Shown piece after piece: positions 25,932-35,645 of a stretch of DNA of 38,495 nt. The first letter of the stretch is position 1, and each line of letters starts with the position of its first letter. The translations under genes and the position numbers were made by a program. The stretch covers positions 1 through 38,495 of the forward strand of contig DATNQR010000718.1 of NCBI GenBank assembly GCA_036703905.1, given 5' to 3'. This DNA comes from Thermosynechococcaceae cyanobacterium (GTDB taxonomy: Bacteria; Cyanobacteriota; Cyanobacteriia; Leptolyngbyales; Leptolyngbyaceae). Under the pieces are notes generated by a model that was given only the letters and a program-made list of their open reading frames with translations, was not told where the DNA came from and ran no database searches.

Positions 25932-26512
25932 TGCCCCACATAGTTTCCGGGCGGGTTGTAGTTGCAGACCCAGACTTCTTGATTGCCCGATCGACCAACC
26001 GCACAGCCCACCTCAGTGGTGTTGCGCCAGACAACTTGGGTATAGTGCCCACACACGCCGCGACAGCTGTTGTTGCTGTAGGTGTAGTCTTTCACTTCGT
26101 TGCCCCAACTGGTCACAACTTCGCTGGGCGACCAACGCTTGCCCTGGGCCCAAAATAGGTTCTCGCCGTACTTGCCGTTGGTACGGTGCTCGAATTTATT
26201 ATTTGCCGCTAGGTAGTTGGCCCACTCTTGAGCGTAGGTAGCTAGGGCACTTGACCAGCGCAAGGGGGGAACTCCGACCTTCGATCGCCACTGGTTATGA
26301 GCCGTCACCATTTGCTGGCCTACATCAGATGTCGCAGGAGTGGGAGCAGCGGGGGGAGCAGGGGGCGTGGGACGAGGGCGTGGACGGCGGAAGATCTGAG
26401 CCAGTTGGGGCGCGATCGTTTCAGCGTGGGCGGCGGGCATAACCGCAGGCATTGCTAGAGCAGCAACACCTGAGCTAACCACAGAAAGCGCGGTGAGTTG
26501 AGTCCAGTGCAT
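25919..26512 (-). CDS. Secreted CAP/SCP/PR-1-like domain protein
   Basis: Signal peptide MHWTQLTALSVVSSGVAALAMPAVMPAAHA, a Pro-rich linker, then a CAP domain with HNQWR, GENLFW and the signature GHYTQVVWRNTTEVGCA. Start taken at the ATG at 26512. Confidence 0.8.
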   Translation of the reverse strand: MHWTQLTALSVVSSGVAALAMPAVMPAAHAETIAPQLAQIFRRPRPRPTPPAPPAAPTPATSDVGQQMVTAHNQWRSKVGVPPLRWSSALATYAQEWANYLAANNKFEHRTNGKYGENLFWAQGKRWSPSEVVTSWGNEVKDYTYSNNSCRGVCGHYTQVVWRNTTEVGCAVGRSGNQEVWVCNYNPPGNYVGQRPY

Positions 26513-26632
26513 AGGGTGAAGACGGTATATTGGACAGTGCGATCGCTTGACTCTCTGAATCAGCCTAATGTTTCGCAAGCCTCAGAAACTTCACTCTTTT
26601 TTCTTTAACTTTCTCTCTGATAAAGGTTCAGC

Positions 26633-28084
26633 ATGACATCCATCCGCGAGTTGCATCAACAACTGCTCATCAAAGACTGCTCCGCCGTTGAAATTACCCA
26701 AGCTGCCCTTGATCGCATTGCGGCACTGGAACCGAAGCTGCACAGCTTTTTGCAGGTAACGGCAGAGCAGGCGATCGCTCAGGCTCAACAGGTAGATGCC
26801 CGGATCGCGGCGGGAGAGGAGATTGGGCTACTGGCGGGAATTCCGATCGGCATTAAGGACAACCTTTGCACCAAAGGCATTCCGACCACCTGCGCCTCGC
26901 GGATTTTGCAGAATTTTGTGCCGCCTTATGAGTCCACGGTGACGCAGAAGTTGAGCGCGGCCGGGGCCGTGATGGTGGGTAAAACCAACCTGGATGAGTT
27001 TGCCATGGGCGGCTCGACTGAGACTTCAGCCTTTGCTCAGACGGGAAATCCGTGGGATATTTCACGGGTTCCAGGCGGCTCCTCCGGTGGCTCGGCGGCG
27101 GCAGTAGCAGCAGAGGAATGCACTGTGGCTTTGGGGTCGGACACAGGCGGCTCGATTCGGCAGCCTGCGTCCTTCTGCGGCATTGTGGGACTGAAGCCAA
27201 CCTATGGGCTGGTTTCGCGCTATGGCTTGGTGGCGTTTGCGTCGTCATTAGATCAGATCGGGCCCTTCGGTCGATCGGTGGAGGATGCCGCCATTCTGCT
27301 AGGGGCGATCGCCGGACACGATCCCAAAGACTCCACTAGCCTCAAGGTTGAGATTCCCGACTACACCCAGTTTCTGAAACCCGACCTGAGGGGCAAAAAA
27401 GTTGGCGTGATTCGGGAAACCTTTGATGAAGGTCTCGACCCTCAGGTGGAAAAGGCAGTTCGAGGGGCGATCGACCAACTCAAAGCGCTGGGAGCCGAAA
27501 TCAAAGAAATCTCCTGTCCTCGCTTCCGCTACGGCATTGCCGCCTACTACATCATTGCTCCCTCGGAGGCCTCGGCCAATCTGGCTCGCTACGACGGCGT
27601 GAAGTATGGCCAGCGCGTTGATTCTGCGGAAAACCTGATGGAAATGTACACCCGCACCCGCGCTGAGGGTTTCGGAGCCGAGGTGAAGCGCCGTATCATG
27701 ATCGGCACTTACGTTCTGTCGGCGGGTTACTACGACGCTTACTACCTCAAGGCTCAAAAAGTTCGTACTTTGATCAAGCAGGACTTTGAGGCGGCGTTTG
27801 AGGAGGTGGATGTGTTGGTTAGCCCCACGGCTCCCAGCACTGCCTTCAAAGCGGGGGACAAATCCGCCGATCCCCTCAGTATGTATCTGATTGACCTGAT
27901 GACTATTCCAGTGAACCTGGCAGGACTTCCCGGCATCAGCTTGCCCTGCGGGTTCGACTCCAACGGACTGCCGATCGGACTGCAACTCATCGGCAATGTC
28001 CTGCGGGAAGACCAGGTGTTCCAGGTGGCCTACGCCTACGAGCAAGCCACTGACTGGCACAATCACACGCCCACGCTGGAGTAA
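26633..28084 (+). CDS. gatA: Glutamyl/aspartyl-tRNA amidotransferase subunit A
   Basis: Amidase signature [13 protein letters not shown]...[17 protein letters not shown]-terminal ELHQQL....SAVEIT and the 483-aa length are typical GatA. Confidence 0.95.
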   Translation: MTSIRELHQQLLIKDCSAVEITQAALDRIAALEPKLHSFLQVTAEQAIAQAQQVDARIAAGEEIGLLAGIPIGIKDNLCTKGIPTTCASRILQNFVPPYESTVTQKLSAAGAVMVGKTNLDEFAMGGSTETSAFAQTGNPWDISRVPGGSSGGSAAAVAAEECTVALGSDTGGSIRQPASFCGIVGLKPTYGLVSRYGLVAFASSLDQIGPFGRSVEDAAILLGAIAGHDPKDSTSLKVEIPDYTQFLKPDLRGKKVGVIRETFDEGLDPQVEKAVRGAIDQLKALGAEIKEISCPRFRYGIAAYYIIAPSEASANLARYDGVKYGQRVDSAENLMEMYTRTRAEGFGAEVKRRIMIGTYVLSAGYYDAYYLKAQKVRTLIKQDFEAAFEEVDVLVSPTAPSTAFKAGDKSADPLSMYLIDLMTIPVNLAGLPGISLPCGFDSNGLPIGLQLIGNVLREDQVFQVAYAYEQATDWHNHTPTLE

Positions 28085-28117
28085 ATCGTCCCTGAAGCTA
28101 ATTCTCATGGAGGTGCT

Positions 28118-28669
28118 ATGTCTCTCACAGTCAAGCATCTGGAGCAAGTTCAAGCGAAGCTCGGCACTGACTACCGGATAGAGTTAGTTAAGGGGAACAT
28201 CTCAGTTATGAGTCCATCCGGCTATGAGTCCGATGAGGTCGCTTCTGAGTTCAGCGCTCTACTCCGTAATTGGGTGCGTCCTCGCAAATTGGGCCGGATT
28301 ACAGGAGCAGGCGCGGGATTCAATCTGCCTAGCTCCGACACTCGCGCCCCGGATGTTTCCTTTGTGCTGGCGGCCCGACTGCGGAAAAGTCCCCGCACGT
28401 TTGCTGAGTTGGCCCCGGACTTGATGGTGGAGGTTAAGTCTCCCTCGGACAGTTTGACGGCACTGCGGGACAAAATTGATGATTTTCTGAGCCAGGGAAC
28501 GCGGGTGGGAATTTTGATTCACCCGGAACAGCGCTGGTTAGAGGTGCGCCGATCAGATGCGGAGCCTATGACGCTGCGGGATGGTGAGATTTTGACTGTG
28601 CCGGATCTGCTTCCCGGCTGGGAGGTGCAGATTGAGGATCTGTGGTCGCCGGAGTTTGATGAGGAGTAG
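28118..28669 (+). CDS. Uma2 family (DUF820) PD-(D/E)xK-like endonuclease
   Basis: YRIELVKGNISVMSP, APDVSF, PDLMVEVKSPSD and GILIHPEQRWLEV reproduce the Uma2 pattern that is abundant in cyanobacteria. Confidence 0.8.
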   Translation: MSLTVKHLEQVQAKLGTDYRIELVKGNISVMSPSGYESDEVASEFSALLRNWVRPRKLGRITGAGAGFNLPSSDTRAPDVSFVLAARLRKSPRTFAELAPDLMVEVKSPSDSLTALRDKIDDFLSQGTRVGILIHPEQRWLEVRRSDAEPMTLRDGEILTVPDLLPGWEVQIEDLWSPEFDEE

Positions 28670-28848
28670 GTTTGGCTAAATCTGAGCTAGTGACGATCGT
28701 GCCTTGCCTGATCTAAAGCAGAAGAAATTGGCGTTGCTGAATGACGCTTCAGGGTTGAGAAATGCCCCATCTTTCACCTGAAACTACGATCGCCCCGACG
28801 GCCCACTCCCAGCATTTCTACACGTTCCTTAAATTCACGTTTCTCGGT

Positions 28849-29739
28849 TCAAGAGGGCGATCGCAGAGAAGCAGTCATATAAAGCCCGATCGCGCTCCAG
28901 ACCAGCCCAAAGGTGACAAGGTGGGTCAGCGTGAACGGTTCATGGTAGAGAAACACCCCCAACAGCAATTGCAAGCTCGGTGCTAGATACTGGAAGAACC
29001 CCAGAGTGGAGAGGCGCAGGCGCTTAGCCGCCGTGTTAAACCAGAGCAAAGGCAGAGACGTGATCACCCCGCAACCGATGAACAAAGCAGTGATCAGACT
29101 ACTCTGCCCCCAGTGGGCAGTTCCCGTAGTCGCTCCATAGCTGATTAACCCAACCGCAAGAGGAGCAATCAGCAGAGTTTCCACAGTCAAGCCCACGGTT
29201 GGGTTAACTGCTGCTGACTTGCGTAGTGAGCCGTAGATGCCAAAGGAAATAGCCAGAGTCAGCGCAATCCAGGGCACAGTTCCGATGCGCCAGATGAAGA
29301 TAGCGACTCCGATCGCAGCTAACCCAACCGCACCCATTTGCAGTCGGTTAAGGCGTTCTTTGAAGAACAGCATCCCCAACAGAACATTAACCAATGGATT
29401 GATGTAGTAACCCAGGCTGGTTTCCACGACCCGATCGCTATTCACGCCGTAAATGTAGAGACCCCAGTTACCCGCTAGAATTGTGGCCGTAACCAGTAAT
29501 AGACCCACTTGTTGGGGCGATCGCCAAGCGGCTGCAAACTCCCGAAGCCGCCGTTGAACCAACAGTAGCCCAACCAAAAATACCGTTGACCACAGAATGC
29601 GATGACTCAGCACTTCGATCGCAGGAATTGAGCCAAACAATTTCCAGTAAAGTGGCAGCAATCCCCAAGCAGTGTAGGCAAGGACAGCATTCAGCGCGCC
29701 AGGGGGAACTGAACGGACAGAAGACACAAGGGGAATCAA
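28849..29739 (-). CDS. rarD: EamA/RarD family transporter
   Basis: 10-TM DMT-type protein. The N-terminal LAYTAWGLLPLYWKLF is RarD-like. No ATG precedes the conserved region, so the start must be TTG (29739) or GTG (29727). Confidence 0.75.
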   Translation of the reverse strand: MIPLVSSVRSVPPGALNAVLAYTAWGLLPLYWKLFGSIPAIEVLSHRILWSTVFLVGLLLVQRRLREFAAAWRSPQQVGLLLVTATILAGNWGLYIYGVNSDRVVETSLGYYINPLVNVLLGMLFFKERLNRLQMGAVGLAAIGVAIFIWRIGTVPWIALTLAISFGIYGSLRKSAAVNPTVGLTVETLLIAPLAVGLISYGATTGTAHWGQSSLITALFIGCGVITSLPLLWFNTAAKRLRLSTLGFFQYLAPSLQLLLGVFLYHEPFTLTHLVTFGLVWSAIGLYMTASLRSPS

Positions 29740-30118
29740 CGACTAACCGGATGAATGAGCAGGCTCATGATGCAATTCTCATCTCCGATTTGCCATCCTG
29801 CCGACGGATGAGTGACTGGTTAAGAAGCGATCGGGCTGACCCAATTAATCCTGATCCCACGCAACGATCGTGATTTTGCCAAAATTGAGACAGGGGACTT
29901 CAGCCCCTTATTGCGATACAGCTTCAGTATTGTCCTAAGCAAGTCGTCTATCGCTATAGCTACTCCGCTTACGTCGATCGCGAACTGTCTCCTCAGAGTT
30001 TATTCATTTTAGTGAAGTCTTCTTGAAGTTTTGCAGCATCAGTTAGGGTGATGATGAGCCAGCGATCGCTTCCGGGCACTCTACACTTAGTTCTAAGCTT
30101 CCCTCTCCTGTAACCTCT

Positions 30119-30907
30119 ATGTCAGTCTCCTTTCTAGCGGTAGCGCCGCAGTTAGCTCAAGCGCCCCCCAAATTCAGTAAAACTCAGCCCGCCTCTACCC
30201 CCGCTAAACCAGCCGAGAGTGGTTTCAACCTGTGGATGGGCGCAAGCGGAGTGCTGTTCTTACTGCTGGTGGGGCTGGGGGTCTACTCCAAGCTGAGTGC
30301 AGACAAACTGGCAAAGCAAGTCAAATTTGAAACCTTCAAGAACCGGGAGCTTCAGAAAAAGCTGAAATATGCCGTGGAAACGATCGGCAAAATGGAGCGC
30401 AACCCCGACCTGATCCACTCCCGCGAATTCAACCTTGACTACTTGAGAATGCGGATGGATGAAGAAGTTTTCCACTTCGCCATCTTGAACCAGATCAAAA
30501 TCAAAGTGAAGGAGAAAATCAGCGTAGCCCTACGGCCGGGTCAGGCTAGTCAGGGCGAACTGGGCATCGCCAGCAGTGGGCGACACATTGATGAGATTTT
30601 TGACGTGGAATATGATCCAGGAGACTTGCCTAAAGGCAACCGCCGCGTTCTGTTCCGCATTCAGATCAAAATCTTTAAGCTCCCCACCCAGCCCACATCC
30701 GTTACCATCAACCAGATCATTGACTGCATTGAGACGTTCCTGCGCCCTAACAGCGACCACGACACCTGGCAACCCACCATCCAAGGCCGCATCGCTACCA
30801 TGCACTGGGATCAGAAGGCCAAACCCACACCGCTGCTAGTGCTGGAGCAAACCCAGGAAGGCAGCAACGTTACCTTCAGAACCACCCGCATGGCCCAGAA
30901 TAGCTAA
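30119..30907 (+). CDS. Hypothetical membrane-anchored protein (262 aa)
   Basis: ORF with ATG start. One TM helix (FNLWMGASGVLFLLLVGLGVY), then a Lys-rich predicted coiled segment and a globular C-terminal part. No family recognised. Confidence 0.5.
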   Translation: MSVSFLAVAPQLAQAPPKFSKTQPASTPAKPAESGFNLWMGASGVLFLLLVGLGVYSKLSADKLAKQVKFETFKNRELQKKLKYAVETIGKMERNPDLIHSREFNLDYLRMRMDEEVFHFAILNQIKIKVKEKISVALRPGQASQGELGIASSGRHIDEIFDVEYDPGDLPKGNRRVLFRIQIKIFKLPTQPTSVTINQIIDCIETFLRPNSDHDTWQPTIQGRIATMHWDQKAKPTPLLVLEQTQEGSNVTFRTTRMAQNS

Positions 30908-31017
30908 GCCCAGCAGGAGTTCAACTTCCTTGGGTGGGGAGCGGTATAGGACTGTAGAATAAGGACGGAATTACTCCTTCTGGTACTCGTATCCAGGCAG
31001 AATTAAGCCTTAAAGCC

Positions 31018-32235
31018 TTGTTCAAATCTTCTGGAAAATGGATTGCAGTTCTAGCGATCGCTGCTCTAAGCGTGTCGGGAGTCGGCATCTTCTTAGCGCT
31101 ACGGCCCTCAACTTCTGCTCAGAATGCTACCCCGCCCACCGATCGCGGCGCAGACAGCGCCAGTCCTACGGGCGCGATCGCAGCTTTGGGACGGCTAGAG
31201 CCAGGGGGCGAGACCTACTGCGTCTATCCGCCTTCCTCCTCTGGTCTGAGCGGCACAATCAAACTGTGGCGGGTACGCGAGGGCGATCGGGTTAAGCAGG
31301 GCGACGTGATTGCAGTCATGGATACCTACGAGCGCTTGGAAGCGGCTGTGGTTCAGGCGCAGGCCCAGGTGGGCGAAGCCGAAAGCCGTGTGGCTCAGGC
31401 TCGGCAGGGATCAAAGCCCGCAGAAGTCAGCGCCCAGTCTGCCCAGATTGCCGCCAGAGCCGAGCAAGCCAACGCCAAGCAAGCAGAAGTGGTGCGGCGG
31501 CGAGCAGAACTAAAGAATGCGCAGGCGCAACTGAAGAACGCGCAGGTAGAACTGAAACGGGCTGAAGACTTGTTCAAAGTGGGGGCTGTCTCTGAGTCGC
31601 AACGGGATTCTCGTCAGACTGCCTTTGAATCTGCCAAAGCAGCTTCGGAAACTGCCGAAGCTGCTTTGGAGCAAACTGGCCGAGAAGTACAGCAGGCGGT
31701 GGCTGAGTTTCAGCAGGCGGGGCAAGTGAGGGAAGGACTGGTTCAAGTGCGCGATGTGGATGTGCAACAGGCGATGGCCCAGCGCGATGTGGCAGTAGCC
31801 AACCTCCGCAAGGCGAGCGTGGATCTAGACACGGCGGCGGTGCGCGCCCCGATCGCGGGTCAGGTTCTCAAAATTCACGCCAAAGAAGCAGAGCAGGTGA
31901 GTAGCGGCGTGGGGGGCAGCAACTCCAACGAATGCAATGGCGTAGCTGAACTGGGGGAAACCGATCGAATGTATGCCGTAGCTGAAGTTTACGAAACTGA
32001 TGTTGTCAGGGTTCGTTCCGGTCAGAAAGCCACAATTTCCAGCACTGCCTTTCCTAACAAAATTACGGGCACAGTGGAACGGGTGGCTCTGAGAGTCGGC
32101 AAGAAAGATGTATTGAACACTGATCCCGCTGCTGATACGGATGCCAGAGTGGTTGAGGTGAGAATTCGTCTGGACGACAGCAAGTTAGTTGCAGGCTTGA
32201 CAAATTTGCAGGTCAAAGTTGCGATCGCGCCCTAA
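31018..32235 (+). CDS. devB: ABC exporter membrane fusion protein, DevB family (HlyD-like)
   Basis: N-terminal TM anchor, ALGRLEPGGE, RVREGDRVKQGDVIAVMD (lipoyl-like hairpin), a long Ala/Gln coiled coil, and VRAPIAGQVLKIHAKEAE. The only in-frame start is TTG at 31018. Confidence 0.8.
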   Translation: MFKSSGKWIAVLAIAALSVSGVGIFLALRPSTSAQNATPPTDRGADSASPTGAIAALGRLEPGGETYCVYPPSSSGLSGTIKLWRVREGDRVKQGDVIAVMDTYERLEAAVVQAQAQVGEAESRVAQARQGSKPAEVSAQSAQIAARAEQANAKQAEVVRRRAELKNAQAQLKNAQVELKRAEDLFKVGAVSESQRDSRQTAFESAKAASETAEAALEQTGREVQQAVAEFQQAGQVREGLVQVRDVDVQQAMAQRDVAVANLRKASVDLDTAAVRAPIAGQVLKIHAKEAEQVSSGVGGSNSNECNGVAELGETDRMYAVAEVYETDVVRVRSGQKATISSTAFPNKITGTVERVALRVGKKDVLNTDPAADTDARVVEVRIRLDDSKLVAGLTNLQVKVAIAP

Positions 32236-32425
32236 ACCAAGTTTTGAATAAATAGCTGGGTGCAATAAAACTGTAGATAACTAAGGGGTGAAGGGGCGAA
32301 GTCTCCAGCTCCCTTTTACATTTAGTTAAGCCTACAGACTGAGTGAGTTTGAGCTGGGCTCACAGAAACAAGTTACGACCCTCGCTTATCCAATTCTCTT
32401 CAACTCAAAACTCAAACCTTCCCCC

Positions 32426-33586
32426 ATGTTCGCCATTCCTCTAGCCTGGTTACAGCTAAAACGTGAAAAGGTTCGTCTGCTGATTGCTCTGGCGGGCATT
32501 GGTTTTGCCGTTATCTTAATGTTCATTCAACTGGGCTTTCGAGACGCTTTGTTTGATAGCGCAATACGGATGCACCAGAACTTGCAGGGCGATGTTTTTT
32601 TGGTCAGTCCTCAATCCACTGCCCTGATCGCCATGAGGAGCTTTTCCCAGCGCCGCCTCTATCAAGCACTGGGATACGAAGGGGTAGAATCTGTCAGTGC
32701 GGTCTATCTGGACTTTGGGCTGTGGAAAAACCCCGATAATCGGCGCACTCGTGGAATTTTGGTGATTGGGTTTGACCCGAAAGAACCTATCTTTTCTCTG
32801 CCTGGAGTGGTGCAGGGCTTGGATAAGATTCAGCTACCGGACACTGTGTTGTTTGATGAAGATTCCAGGGAAGAGTTTGGGCCGGTTGGCAAGAAATTTG
32901 AAGCGGGAGAGCTTGTTCAAACAGAGGTAGCAGGACGACGAATCACGGTGGCTGGATTGTTCAAGATGGGGGCTTCTTTCGGAGCAGACGGCAACATTGT
33001 CACCAGTGATTTGAACTTTTTCAGAATTTTCGATCGTCGCAAGGCTGGACTCATTGACGTAGGGCTAATTAGGCTCAAGCCAGGAACCGATGTGCAGTCC
33101 GTGATGAATTTGCTGCGGAAGGACATTCAGGAACCCAACAGTGATGTCAAAGTGATGTCTAAACAGGAATTCATTGAGTTTGAGCAAAACTACTGGAAAA
33201 GCAGCACGGCGATCGGGTTTATCTTCACTCTGGGGGCAGCGATCGGGTTTGTGGTGGGCACGGTGATCGTGTACCAAATTCTCTACACTGATGTCACCGA
33301 TCACCTAGCAGAATACGCCACCCTCAAAGCGATGGGCTACCGCAATAGCTATTTGCTCTCAGTTGTATTCCAGGAAGCATTAATTCTCTCAATCATGGGG
33401 TACGTTCCCGGCTTTCTGCTAGCGCTCGGTCTCTACAATCTGACTCTGAAGGCCACCTCGCTGCCTATCGCCATGACCACAGATCGGGCAATTACCGTAT
33501 TGTGCCTGGCGATCGTCATGTGTACGATTTCTGGTGCGATCGCAGTTCGCAAAGTCCAGGATGCTGACCCCGCCGATATTTTCTAG
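32426..33586 (+). CDS. devC: ABC exporter permease, DevC family (FtsX/MacB-type)
   Basis: MFAIPLAWLQLKREKVRLLIALAGIGFAVILMFIQLGF is the DevC N-terminus. A periplasmic domain is followed by the C-terminal FtsX-like 3-TM module. Confidence 0.85.
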   Translation: MFAIPLAWLQLKREKVRLLIALAGIGFAVILMFIQLGFRDALFDSAIRMHQNLQGDVFLVSPQSTALIAMRSFSQRRLYQALGYEGVESVSAVYLDFGLWKNPDNRRTRGILVIGFDPKEPIFSLPGVVQGLDKIQLPDTVLFDEDSREEFGPVGKKFEAGELVQTEVAGRRITVAGLFKMGASFGADGNIVTSDLNFFRIFDRRKAGLIDVGLIRLKPGTDVQSVMNLLRKDIQEPNSDVKVMSKQEFIEFEQNYWKSSTAIGFIFTLGAAIGFVVGTVIVYQILYTDVTDHLAEYATLKAMGYRNSYLLSVVFQEALILSIMGYVPGFLLALGLYNLTLKATSLPIAMTTDRAITVLCLAIVMCTISGAIAVRKVQDADPADIF

Positions 33587-33638
33587 GTGCTTTCAGAACT
33601 GTGCTCCATTGGTTTTCCCTTCATATAGGTTCTGGTTT

Positions 33639-34565
33639 ATGTCACTTCCATCAAAATCGCTGCAAGCTCTACTTCTGAGCGTGTGCAGCTTTGCGCTCGT
33701 TCTGGTCGTTGCTGCCGGCTTTAACCCAGCGGCGATCGTCGCCCAAGAATCCCCGGCTCCAGCAAACAATGCTTCCCCTGTGCCTACCCAGAGTGCTCAA
33801 CCCAGTCCGGCTACCGCCAGTCCAACTGCACCTGATGCCCCAGGAGACATCGTAGAGGTTTTCATGAATGTGCTGAGCTTCGACCCCGTGAAGGGCGAGG
33901 TGGACGCTCGGTTAGAGTTTATTCCTAGAGGCAGTTATCGGCTGAACGATACCGATTTTCCCGCTAAAAACCTGCTGTTGACTGTGAATAACGTTGAGAA
34001 GCAAGGATCGCAGCTCACCTTCAAGAAAGGCAAGCCGATGGATGCGTCCAGCCTTAAGTTCATCACCAGTGAGGGCGATGCCGACAGCTATCCCTTCGAT
34101 CGCCACACGGCTGAGGTTCTCTTTTACCTGGAAACTACCGAAGGAGCAGAAGTGCCGCTGACCCTCAATTTCTTCGGCAAGCTTCCAGGCTACGATATTG
34201 AATACGCCACCGAGAAAGACAACTCAGCTGATCTGATTAACATTGATGTCAACGTCTCTCGATCTGGCACAACCAAGTTCTTCTCGATCGTCGTAATGAC
34301 GACGCTATGGGTGCTGGCGCTGTTGTCTTTGATGGTGGCGCTCAAAGTGGCTCAGTCTGGCAAACTTCCAGAGATTGGGATGTTTGGCTGGATGGCGGCT
34401 CTGCTATTTGCCTCTCCTGCCGTCCGCAACACCCAGCCCAATGTGCCGCCCGTGGGAACCGTGAGCGATAGTTTTTCCCTGCTGCTGACAGAAACGATCG
34501 TCGTCGTTGCCCTCGTGATTCTAGGAACTTGCTGGTTGCGCCGCTTCAATGCTCCAGCCAAGTAG
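33639..34565 (+). CDS. Membrane protein of unknown function (DUF4436-like from memory), inserted between devC and devA
   Basis: Signal/anchor MSLPSKSLQALLLSVCSFALVLVVAAG, a P/A/S-rich linker, a beta-rich ~170-aa ectodomain containing SYPFDRHTAEV, then three TM helices. Same strand, with 52-nt and 57-nt gaps to devC and devA. Start at ATG 33639 (TTG at 33609 is possible). Confidence 0.6.
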   Translation: MSLPSKSLQALLLSVCSFALVLVVAAGFNPAAIVAQESPAPANNASPVPTQSAQPSPATASPTAPDAPGDIVEVFMNVLSFDPVKGEVDARLEFIPRGSYRLNDTDFPAKNLLLTVNNVEKQGSQLTFKKGKPMDASSLKFITSEGDADSYPFDRHTAEVLFYLETTEGAEVPLTLNFFGKLPGYDIEYATEKDNSADLINIDVNVSRSGTTKFFSIVVMTTLWVLALLSLMVALKVAQSGKLPEIGMFGWMAALLFASPAVRNTQPNVPPVGTVSDSFSLLLTETIVVVALVILGTCWLRRFNAPAK

Positions 34566-34622
34566 CGTTATGGGGAGAATTAAAACATTGCTCCCCACCT
34601 GCCTATCTCCTCGTTACCTCCT

Positions 34623-35315
34623 ATGCAAGAACCCGTCATCTCCATCCAGCAGGTCAACCACTACTTCGGCACGGGTAGGCTTCGCAAGCAAATCCTGTAT
34701 GAAGCCACAACAGATATTCAGCCCGGAGAAGTGGTGATCATGACGGGGCCGTCCGGCTCTGGCAAAACGACATTGCTGACTTTGATTGGGGCCCTGCGAT
34801 CGACCCAGGAAGGCAGCATGAAGGTGCTGGGCGAAGAACTCAGCAACGCCCCCACAAACCTGCTGGTGAAGGTGCGGCGCAGTATTGGCTACATCTTCCA
34901 GGCTCACAATTTGCTAAAGTCCTTGACGGCTCGGCAGAACGTGCAAATGGCGCTGGAACTGCATGACTATTCTGACCAGGAACGTCGATCGCAAGCAGAA
35001 GCGATGCTGGAAGCTGTCGGTTTGAAAGACTGGGTTAATTACTATCCCCAGGAGCTATCTGGTGGACAGAAGCAGCGTGTGGCGATCGCCCGTGCTTTGG
35101 TTGGCCGTCCCCGCATCGTCCTGGCCGATGAACCCACTGCCGCCCTAGACAGAAAATCTGGTCGAGATGTAGTAGACATCATGCAGTCCCTAGCCAAGCA
35201 GCAAGGCTCGGCGATTCTACTCGTTACCCACGACAACCGAATTTTGGACGTAGCCGATCGATTGATTCACATGGAGGATGGACGGTTGGCTTCGCTGGAT
35301 CGATCGCCCGTCTAG
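34623..35315 (+). CDS. devA: ABC exporter ATP-binding subunit, DevA family
   Basis: Walker [10 protein letters not shown], signature [15 protein letters not shown], Walker [13 protein letters not shown] and H-loop LVTHD. The N-terminal [12 protein letters not shown] is typical of DevA. Confidence 0.85.
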   Translation: MQEPVISIQQVNHYFGTGRLRKQILYEATTDIQPGEVVIMTGPSGSGKTTLLTLIGALRSTQEGSMKVLGEELSNAPTNLLVKVRRSIGYIFQAHNLLKSLTARQNVQMALELHDYSDQERRSQAEAMLEAVGLKDWVNYYPQELSGGQKQRVAIARALVGRPRIVLADEPTAALDRKSGRDVVDIMQSLAKQQGSAILLVTHDNRILDVADRLIHMEDGRLASLDRSPV

Positions 35316-35645
35316 GTTGAGCTGATTGCCTAATCCGTGGCGAGAATTTTAGAAAAGGGACTGGATCAGTTGGTCGTGTGCTAGACCTATTGATCCTCTG
35401 CTCAGGAAGCTTTGCTGGGTAAGCTTTCGTGATTTAGAGCTACACGTTCACTAGAACATCATCAATGCGAGGGATAGCACAGCCCAGCGATCGACCCGTC
35501 CCCTGTGTTAACCTGGAAAAGTTGTCTAAAACCCACACATCCGGGATTTCGGGTGTTTCCAGCACGGAAGGTCAGCACTTAGCCGATCGGTCTGCGGAGA
35601 TGCTCCTGGATGGAGGATTAACCCGAACTAGGAGTTCAAATCAAT

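Noticed and set aside
27299-28153. 284-aa minus-strand ORF.
   Set aside because: It lies almost entirely antisense to gatA, whose amidase signature is unambiguous. Its composition is low-complexity and typical of a shadow ORF.
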